64,000 nt of DNA from Felis catus (lineage: Eukaryota). Below the pieces are notes generated by a model that was not told the origin of the DNA, made no database searches, and was given only the letters and a program-made list of their open reading frames with translations. Numbering within the stretch: the first letter of the stretch is position 1; every line of letters begins with the position of its first letter. The stretch is from the NCBI RefSeq assembly GCF_018350175.1, contig NC_058373.1, positions 115,198,001-115,262,000 of the forward strand, given 5' to 3'. Below are positions 1 through 9,175 of the stretch, piece after piece. Position numbers and translations under genes: made by a program.

Positions 1-638
1 TATATTATTTTTCTTTGAATGGAAATGGACTGTTTGTTATAGAGCTACAGTCCAGCTGGACAGAAGACCCCTCCTGCCTCCTCCTGTCATCCATGACAGG
101 AAAATCCAGCTGTCTGCAGGAAAGTATGTGTCCTACAGCTGTCTTCGTGCCTCACACTCGGGCTCCTAGACCATGACACCCTAGAGATGGATGGGGACCA
201 GCCTGAGATTTGCAACTGAAGTTACAGGGTCTTAGAACGGGATCACAGCCCAGTTCTTACCAGTTTTCCTGCCACATGTGGGGAAACATGGGTGGGACCT
301 GGGATGGTGGAAGGCTGTGTCCATGCACATGGTTGATGCCTACCAACCTGCTACTGAGGACAGGATCAGAAGTGGTTAGTAAAAGCCAGATCTCTAGGGG
401 CATGTGAGGTTTGGTGTGAGATGGTCCTCAAAGGTCTGAAGTGAAGAGAATTTTAGATTCGAGAACAGGATGGGGAAATGACCCCTTACCTTATGTGTAA
501 AAGCTGCTCCACACTTAGACTTCCAAAATGGCCATGGCCATGGCACCGTGCAAGGGACCTTTGACGAGATCAGCTGTGGGGCTCACATGTTATGGGTCTG
601 GGCACAGCACCCTTCTGATGATGATTTTATTTCTGTAG

Positions 639-777
639 ACAAAGATGCCCACACATCACTTGGGGTCCCCACGCTGTCCATAGTTGCTTCCACTGCCAGC
701 TCCGTGGCACTCATTCTCCTCCTCGTGGTGCTGTTTGTGCTGCTGCAGCCGAAGCTGAAGTCGTTCCATCACAGCAG
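639..777 (+). CDS. SUSD6: SUSD6 internal coding exon encoding the transmembrane helix
   Basis: Acceptor ttttatttctgtag|AC and donor CAG|gtgagg. Translates (D)KDAHTSLGVPTLSIVASTASSVALILLLVVLFVLLQPKLKSFHHS(R), recognised as SUSD6/KIAA0247. Phase 2 end fits the next exon. Upstream exons lie outside the window. Confidence 0.93.
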
Positions 778-1101
778 GTGAGGCCCGTGGTCGGGGGCAG
801 CGGGCATCGCCATGAGGCCTGGCCTTTGACTGCAGAGGGGTGCTTGTGGGCCTGGCAGCCTCTTCTGATGTGTGTGCCCAGGGGAAGGGGAGGGCCCTGC
901 CATGTGTTCAACTCCTGGATATGCTTGGCACTGTGCTTATCATTTTGCTTATCATTAGCTTAATCCTCATTGGATCACTGCAGATAAGGAAGCTGAGGCT
1001 CAGAGAGATTAAGTCAAGGTCGTGACTCCTCTAGATGATGACCACCTGGAGATTTGGACCCAGACTTGTCCAACCCCCAAGCCTTGTCATTTGCCCTATA
1101 C

Positions 1102-1281
1102 CAGTGGCTCTCAAAGTGTGGTTCCAGCAGCATCAGCATCACCTGGGGACTTGTTAGGAATGAGAATTTTCAGGCCCCACCCCAGACCAACTGAATGAGA
1201 AACTCTAGGGCCGAGACCCATCCACGTAGTTTCATAAGCCCTCCAGGTGATTCTGAGGCAGGCTCTGTTTGCGAGCCACTG
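1102..1281. mobile_element. MER5A-like hAT MITE
   Basis: Terminal inverted repeats cagtggctctcaaa...tttgcgagccactg, ~180 bp, internal cagcatcagcatcacctggg typical of MER5A. Confidence 0.75.
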
Positions 1282-1422
1282 CCCTGGCCCCCTAGTTCCC
1301 AATCCTGACTGCACATACAGGCATCTGTAGGGAATTAAACACAAATACCAACACCTAAGCCTCTATCCCCAGACATTCTGATTAATTTGGTTTGGAGTGG
1401 GAGCCTAGCATTAGTGTTTTTT

Positions 1423-1846
1423 GTTTTGTTTTTTATTTTATTTTTTTTTAATTTTTTTTTTTAATGTTCATTTGTTTTTGAGGGAGACAGAGCGTGAGCA
1501 GGGGAGGGGCAGAGAGAGAGGGAGACACAGAATCCGAAACAGGCTCCAGGCTCCGAGCTGTCAGCACAGAGCCTGACGCGGGGCTCAGACTTTCAGACCG
1601 TGAGATCATGACCCGAGTCGAAGTCGGACGCCCACCCAGGCACCCCTGTTTTGTTTTTGTTTATTTTTGAGAGAGAGAGAGAGAGGGAGAGAACGAGTGG
1701 GGGAGGGGCAGAGAGAGGGGGAGACAGAGGCTCCGAAGTGGGCTCTCTGCTGTCAGCATAGATATGGGGCTTGAACCCATGAAACGTGAGATCACGACCT
1801 GAGCCAAAGTTGGACGTTTAACCGACTGAACCATCCAGGCACCCTG
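1423..1846 (-). mobile_element. Two tandem carnivore SINEs (SINEC_Fc-like) inserted in a MER5B-like element
   Basis: Antisense SINE bodies flanked by the duplicated sequence GCATTAGTGTTTTTT (1408-1422 and 1849-1863). Confidence 0.8.
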
Positions 1847-2629
1847 TGGCATTAGTGTTTTTTAAAAAGCTCCCAGTGGTTTTAATGCGCGGCCAGGATG
1901 GCAACCACTGTGCCATACTGTGCTAGAAACAGAGGAAGTGGGGGTTTTTGCCCACCTTTGTCACTTTCCTTTTTCCAGTTGAGTGCGCTGCCCACAAGTC
2001 ATCCCAGACTGGGTAGATGGGGGAGGGGGTGGCAGTGGTGGGGGATTGGCCCTGAGGGTATCCCTTAGGGGAAACTCTGCCCCTGGGCTGTCACGGCCCC
2101 CTGAAGTTTTTTGGGCTGCCCCGGCAGCTCCTCATTCCCCTGAGAATAGTTGATGTGCACTCACAGCCCTTTATCAGTCACTGTCGTCATCCACAGGCAT
2201 AGAGGAACAAGCTAAGTTGTGTTAAATCAAACGCTTCCTGGTCTGGAATTTACAGACCAGGCTCAGGCTAAGTTTCATCTTTGTGTACTTGTGTGATTTT
2301 TCTTTCTTCTTTCTATTTTGTTTTTTTCAGGGGCCGGGGTTGGGGGGGCAGGTAGTAGCTATTTGTTTTTTCAAGGTTGCTACACAGTTCGTAGAATGAA
2401 GAGGAACTACTTGAAAGAATTGGCTATTTCCATGTAAAGTCAAGCTGATCTGTTTGTTGCTTCATCCAAATTAGGGAGTATTTTCCCTTTGTAGTTACCT
2501 GGTAAGTGTGTTAAAAGTAATTGGCTGATTTTGCCTGACTTGAGTGGAAGAAAGATTTATTTGTTTGTTTGTTTGTTTGTTTTTTTATGGGCCCTGTTCA
2601 AATTTTGTACTGTGTTACACATATTACTT

Positions 2630-3058
2630 TTTTTTAATTAAAGGGTTTTTTTTTAATGTTTATTTACTTGAGAGAGAGAGAGACAGAGAGAGACAGAGAG
2701 TGAGCAGGGGAGGGCAGAGAGAGAGAGACAGAATCTGAAGCAGGCTCCAGACTCCAAGCTGTTAGTTGGAACTCACAAACCATGAGATCATGACCAGAGC
2801 CAAAGTCAGATGCTTACCCAACTGAGCCACCAAATTAAGGCACCCCTTAATTTTTTTTTAATGTTTATTTATTTTTGAGAGAAAGAGAGAGCATGAGCAG
2901 GGAGGGGTAGAGAGAGAGGGAGACACAGAATCTGAAGCAGGCTCCAGGCTTTGAGCTGTCAGCACAGAGCCCGACATGGGGCTCGAGCTCACAAACTGTG
3001 AGATCATGACCTGAGCCAGAGTCAGATACTTAATCGACTGAGCCACCCAGGCGCCCCC
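2630..3058 (-). mobile_element. Two tandem SINEC_Fc-like SINEs
   Basis: Antisense poly-T tail, (GA)n tract and ...gagccacccaggcgcccc head, twice. Confidence 0.85.
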
Positions 3059-3289
3059 ACGTATTATATTACTTTTTAAACAACAACAACAAAATGCATT
3101 TTGAATAACAGAAGCTAAGCACGTACCAGAATGCACAGTGCTTTCTATGTCACCTTGCCATCAGTTTCCCTTCCTTCCAGAAACCTCCAGGCACTTCTGA
3201 GTACCATGTCTGTCATCCTCACAGTGTCTATGCCATTTGAATTGGTAGCATAGATTTTATCTGCAAGTACAGATGAGGAAATTAAGAGC

Positions 3290-4130
3290 TAATAACAGTC
3301 TAGCAATAGTAATGTGGTCCAGTCATGGAGCTTCTGTGTGTTCTGGTGTAATACCCTGAGGAGAACACAGCATCACAAATGATACAGTGTTCCAGGCAAA
3401 AATTGACTGGAATCTTAATCCCAAGGAAACAATTAAGTCCGGACTGTGGACTGTGGGACATCGTAGGAGACAACTGGCCTGGATTCTAACAAAAGGTATC
3501 CTTGTCATGAAGGAGAAGCTATCGTGGACTGTTCTAGAGGAAAGGAGATAGAATAGGACTAACCGCAATGCATGAGCCCTAATTGGGTCCTCGAAAACAA
3601 ACGAGACTGCAGCCGAAACAGATATATTTTGGGGTATTTAGGAAAATTTGAATGACAGTATTATACCATTGTTAAATTTCAAGGAGGTAATAATGTTGCA
3701 GGTATGCAGAAGAGGTTCTTCGGAGGGGTGTGCTGCTGAATAATGTTCTATTTAGCCATAAATAACTTACTTTCAGAATGGTTCCGGAAAAAAGTGTGTT
3801 TATATCAAAAAGTGATAAAAAAAAAAAAAAAGGTGTTTGCATAAATAAATCTCACACCAAGTTCAGTAAAACAAGCCAGATACACATACACATATGTACA
3901 CACACATTCATTGTATATCCCATTTATATAAAGATCAAAAATACGCAAAACTCAACTGTGGTGTTGAGGGGTTCATTTTAGGCAGTAAAACTATTGAAAT
4001 AGAAAGCAAAAGCCCGATTGTCATGTAAGTTAGGATAGTGGTTACTTCCGGTGTGAGGAAGTAGGGAGTCATCGGGACAGGAAGCAAGGGTGTGTGGGGT
4101 GCTGGCGGCATGCTCTTTCTTGACCTCGGT
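3290..4130 (+). mobile_element. Old L1 (L1MC/ME-like) 3'-end fragments
   Basis: Degenerate similarity to L1MC 3'UTR motifs (gaacacagcatcac, gacaactggcctgga, gggactgttctaga); subfamily uncertain. Confidence 0.5.
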
Positions 4131-4171
4131 AGGGGCAGTACCTTTGGGATAAAACAGCTGTATATTTTTCT

Positions 4172-4175
<4 letters not shown>

Positions 4176-4218
<43 letters not shown>
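4176..4218. repeat. (TG)n microsatellite, ~21 units
   Basis: Directly visible. Confidence 0.95.
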
Positions 4219-4222
<4 letters not shown>

Positions 4223-4268
4223 TGTAATTCACATATAATTTTTTTAAGTTAAAGGTAAAAAGGCAAGC

Positions 4269-4482
4269 GGGGCACCTGGGTGGCTCAGTCCGTTAAGTAT
4301 CCAGCACTTGGTTTCAGCTCAGGTCATAATCTCACGGTTCGTGGGTTCGAGCCCCACATCGGGCTCCACTCTGGTGATGTGGAGCCGGCTTGAGATTCTC
4401 TCTCTCCCTCTCTCTGCCCCTCCCCCCCCCCACATGTTGTCTCTGTCTCAAAATAAATACACTTTAAAAAAATTGAATAAAA
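4269..4482 (+). mobile_element. Carnivore SINE
   Basis: ggggcacctgggtggctcagtc head, CT-rich tract and A-rich tail. Confidence 0.85.
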
Positions 4483-5058
4483 TAAAGGGCAAGTACAGTA
4501 GTTGAGTCACAGGAATAGAATTCTTCACATTTTGACTCCGGCGTCCCAAGACCACAATGCTTCTTTTCCCTCTCCTTTTTTTAACCACTGCTGCATGGAA
4601 ATTTAATTCACACACCACACAGTGTGCCCACTTAAAGCGTTCAGACACTATACTCACAGATATGTGCAAGCATTACTCTCTCACTTTCCTGTCCTCCCTG
4701 TGCTGCATACTGGCTTTATTTCTACGTCTCTAGGTTCCTAGTTTTTACACCATATGAGAGGGCTGGGTGCCTGGGTACCCAGAGGGTAAGAGCCCAGGAA
4801 CTGGATTCACATCCCAGCTTCTTCCCGCACCAGCTGTGTGACTGGGCAGGGTACTTGACTTCTCTAAGCCTCATCTGCATTCTTGGTGAATCTGTACCTG
4901 AAAGGGCTCACCTGCGGGTTGAGTGGGATAAAGCGCTTAGTGCTGTGCCTGGCACGTTGTAGGTGCTCAAAACTGGTTGGCATTGTTGGTGTCGTTGTTG
5001 GTATCTATTTCTTTGTGTATTTTCATTCTTCCTTTGTCTTTTTCTCTTCTGGATGCAG

Positions 5059-5486
5059 GCGCGACCAGGGGGTATCTGGCGACCAGGTTTCCATCATGGT
5101 GGATGGAGTCCAGGTTGCGCTACCGTCCTACGAGGAAGCTGTATACGGCAGTTCCGGTCACTGTGTGCCTCCTGCTGACCCCAGAGTGCAGATCGTGCTG
5201 TCAGAAGGGTCTGGGCCCGGTGGGAGGAACGGACCAAGGGAGCAGCAGTTGCAGGACCAGGGGGCCTGTTCCTCTGCAGGCGGAGAGGAGGAGGCCCCGG
5301 GCCAGTCTGGACTATGTGAAGCCTGGGGCTCTCAGGGCTCAGAGACTGTGATGGTGCATCAGGCAACCACCTCTTCCTGGGTGGCCGGCTCAGGGAACAG
5401 CCGAGTGGCATACAAAGAAGCCCCAGATTCAGAGAACAGTGACATACAAAGCCTTTTATCCCTCACATCGGAGGACTACACAGATG
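5059..5486 (+). CDS. SUSD6: SUSD6 penultimate exon encoding the cytoplasmic tail with the LPSY motif
   Basis: Polypyrimidine tract with atgcag|G acceptor and GATG|gtaggt donor; 428 nt. Translates RDQGVSGDQVSIMVDGVQVALPSYEEAVYGSSGHCVPPADPRVQIVLSEG...SLLSLTSEDYTD, in frame with both flanking exons. Confidence 0.93.
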
Positions 5487-6589
5487 GTAGGTGGTCTGCA
5501 CTGATTGTGAATTATGAGCTGCTCGGGGGCCTTGCTGGGAGTGAGGAGGGACTGTGAGCCTCTCTCATAATTGGGTATTTGGAGGCAAAGGAAGATAATA
5601 CCTGGGGGATTAGCCTGCAGAATAAGGCCTCACCCTCAGTTCCCGGCAGGGCTTTGGGCTCTGTGTAGGAGACTTTTGACTGTTGTCTGTGAATCTTCGT
5701 AGTTTAGAGTTTCCAAAACTATTTGTGGTCACAGGCCTGTGCTAAATCAAAGAGAGGACAGCTGGCTGGAGGCGGGAGTAGGGTCTGTTCTCTTGTGATA
5801 ATTTTTATGTTCCTGAAAGGACAGGAGTGACAAAGAGGTATGGGGTCATGTTACAGAGAAAACTGGAGCCAGTCTTTCTTGCCCGGGATTCAGCAGTTTC
5901 ATTTTCAACAGGACTATGCAAGTCCTGTGCTAGTTGGTTTTCTTGCACTGTGTCAGTTAAACCTCACAGCGATCCTGAGAAGTAGATACTATTACCATCC
6001 CTATTTTACGGATCAGGATACTAAGGCCGGAGAAGGTGTCACTTGCCCATTGGTAGTAGCTGAGCTGGGATTAGAGCCCGTGCTTAGAACCCCACAGTGC
6101 CATGCTACCTCTCAGGTGACTCTGGGTTCTTGGTGGCAAGCCAGCCATAGAAGGAAATTGCCAACTCCTGACCTACCTGCCTCTTCTGGGGCCTGGAGAA
6201 TCGAATATCGGGATTGACTCTGTCACTTTAAAAAATATCTTTATATGAAACCCTAGTGCTTTTCAGGATGCAGGCTAAACCTAGAGGTTTCCCTTTTGAC
6301 AGTAGGTTTCTGCACTTACCAAGCCCCTCCGAAAACCAGTGAGGAAGACGTATGTGCCCTGGAGGTCCTGGGTGCCATTAATGTCTGAGTTTGAGAGTAT
6401 CTGAAAGCAGAGAAGTTGAAAATTCTTGAATGCAGATCATATTTAGGAGTTTCCTGAATCAACAGCATGCCTTCTTTCCTCTTGGTGGGATATAGAGCTG
6501 GGAAGGGGCCATTACCTAATTGACCTGAGTTTAAAGGTGGAAGCCAGTGACCCAATGGACAGCCAGCTATGCATGTTATGTGTCTGTAC

Positions 6590-6807
6590 ATTTTTTAAAA
6601 AGTTTTTTTTAATGTTTATTTTTGAGATAGTGAGAGACAGAGCGTGAGCAGGGAAGGGGCAGAGAGAGGAGGAGACACAGAATCTGAAGCAGGCTCCAGG
6701 CTCTGAGCTGTCAACAGAGCCCGACTTGGGACTTGAACCAATGAACCACAAGATCATGACCTGAGCTGAAGTCGGACGCTTAACCGACTGAGCCACCCAG
6801 GCGCCCC
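6590..6807 (-). mobile_element. SINEC_Fc-like SINE in the last SUSD6 intron
   Basis: Full antisense body; tgtgtctgta duplicated on both flanks. Confidence 0.88.
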
Positions 6808-7068
6808 TGTGTGTCTGTATGTATTGACACAGGTCCCAAGTGTACTTCTCAGCCCTTGTCTTTGCTAAGGAGCCCTGATGGTGCTTGCTCCTCTCCCTTC
6901 TTCTCCTCAGTACCTTGCTTTGTTCCATTTATTGAACGAACATTTTTGAGAACCTATCTTGTGTCTGGTGCCAGTTAGATTTCTGAGGTGATAGAAAGTA
7001 ATTTGAAACATGCTGTCTGCCTGCATGGATTGTCTTGGGAAGATCGGGCCTATATTCAAGAAATATGA

Positions 7069-7285
7069 GGGGCGCCTGGGTGGCGCAGTCGGTTGAGCGT
7101 CCGACTTCAGCCAGGTCACGATCTCGCGGTCCGTGGGTTCGAGCCCCGTGTCGGGCTCTGGGCTGATGGCTCAGAGCCTGGAGCCTGTTTCCGATTCTGT
7201 GTCTCCCTCTCTCTCTGCCCCTCCCCCGTTCATGCTGTGTCTCTCTCTGTCCCAAAAATAAACGTTGAAAAAAAAATTTTTTTTA
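7069..7285 (+). mobile_element. Young-looking SINEC_Fc SINE
   Basis: CpG-rich full-length body; AAGAAATATG duplicated on both flanks. Confidence 0.9.
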
Positions 7286-7856
7286 AAGAAATATGGAACC
7301 AGGAGTTGTAGGGTCTGTGTCAGTGTGAGGGGCACAGAAAACAAGATACATCGGTCATTGCAGACTGCCTGTGCTGTCTGAAGCTGACAGCACCATAGGA
7401 AATCAGGACCATGAGGCATCCATGTAACCCGATGGACATAAAAGGAGACCCGAGACCCAGGGAAGGAAGTGAGTTATTCGGTATCACACAGCTGGTGATT
7501 GCCTCTAAGGAGGAGGTAGGACCTAAGCAGGGCTCAGCAGCCTCATAGGGTGAGATTAAGGGTAGAAAGAGAAGCAACTAGACCAGCAGAGTCAAGGCAG
7601 ACAGGAGATTCAAGGCGGTGGGACCAGAGGGGGTTTGAATACTAAACATTCAGAGTTTATCACACAGGTAGGGGGAGAGATGAGCAAGGAAGGCCTAAAG
7701 AAGGGGCGAAGGGTGTAGACTCCTCTAGAAGGTATGAGTGAAGCATTTTGTTTCTTCAGACCAGGGCCTGCATGGGAAGCATGCAGTGGGATCAGACGTG
7801 CTGCAGAGAGACCCAGCAGGGTAACCACTGTGCTTTCCTTCCTTCTCTTCCTGCAG

Positions 7857-7882
7857 ATATCCCGCTGTTGAAAGAAGCATGA
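7857..7882 (+). CDS. SUSD6: SUSD6 terminal exon, coding part (..DIPLLKEA*)
   Basis: Acceptor ttccttccttctcttcctgcag|AT. G+AT completes Asp, then IPLLKEA and TGA at 7880-7882, matching the SUSD6 C-terminus as I recall it. Confidence 0.92.
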
Positions 7883-9074
7883 GTGCTGCCACGGGCCTCT
7901 CCTCTCTGCAACGGTCCTCTCTGCCCCTCTTCCCTCTCCCTGTGGGTTTGAGTACTCCATACTCCAGCCACCCTACCCGGATACCTGAGCTGCCACCTGT
8001 GTATCTGTGTATCTCTGTATCTCTGAGGGCCTCCAGGCCCACCTTGCTGGAAACTCAAGATGATTCTCGCCATCTGCCCGCTGGACAGCTGGAGGAGCTG
8101 GCATTTTGCCTACTCCAGCCTTCCCATCTGTGTCGGAGACATTTGAATGTGCTGGACTGAACTCTTCCTTTCCCTGAGCCCTCCGGGTCCCCTCCAGCCA
8201 GCTCTTTGGCGGCAGACCCCACCAGCCTGCGTGGGCCTGAGAGCCGCTGTGTTTACTCGTGCCTTCCCCCACCCAGCCCATTCGGTTTCCCTATCATGCA
8301 GGCTTGTTGCTGTCCTACAAGCCTTGGTGGCTGCACTGCTGCCCTCCGGCACACAGAGGGCCAGGCCTGGGTCTGGGTCTGGCCTGTCACCTTTAAGGGC
8401 TGGCACCACTGCCCTTAGCAGGAGCAGATCCAAAAGTGGCTCTAATTAGGGCAAGGATGTGGGTGCCCGGGCCTGCCCTGGGTTGACACCCGTGGCACAT
8501 TTCTTTGGCTGAGGTTGGAGGATGTGGAAAATCACGCCAAAGCTCTCCCAGCACCCAGGTGTCCAGCTCAGAGGTTCTGGCCCCTGGCCCTGTTGAGTTT
8601 CTGAGAAGCGTTGAGAAGATCCTGAGGGAGGGAAGGAAGGTGGCTGATGGGTGATTGTCTTCCTAATATGCAAATTCTCACTTCCTACTTCTAGCACCGG
8701 CCTTCCTGGCCTTGGTCTTTTCTGTTTCACTGGAGTGTGAGGGGAAGTGGCCTGCTGCCTCCTGGGTTTGGTCCTTGGCAGCCCCAGCTTCCTTGCTGCC
8801 CACAGGGGCCCGAGGTGAATCATCGCTGGGATGGGAGAGTTGCTGAGGTGCCACGGAAGGTCTGTGTGGCCAGTGGCATTTGGGGCACGTTGCCCCGTTC
8901 TGGGTTCGTGGTGACGGAAGGGAGCCTGAGAGGCACAGACCGAGTCCCCAGGCAGCTGCAGGCAGCTCCAGCCCCGGTCCTGAGGGTCCTCGTCACCACA
9001 GTCACGTGCCTTAGTAACTGTGCCCAGGAAGCGTGCTGCTGCTTGCTGCACTGCTGCTTTTCCTGCTTGTGTTT

Positions 9075-9175
9075 CCCCTGCCACCCTTCCACACGCCAGC
9101 CCACCAGCGAGTCCCTGCTCTCTCCCTTGGCCCCCCTGCCACCCTTCCACACGCCAGCCCACCAGCGAGTCCCTG
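9075..9175 (+). repeat. Perfect 43-bp direct repeat (two copies, 15-bp spacer) in the SUSD6 3'UTR
   Basis: CCCCTGCCACCCTTCCACACGCCAGCCCACCAGCGAGTCCCTG at 9075-9117 and 9133-9175. Confidence 0.9.

Noticed and set aside
4883..5058. Hydrophobic N-terminal part of ORF 4883-5557
   Set aside because: Intronic MIR remnant plus polypyrimidine tract; real coding begins at the acceptor at 5059.
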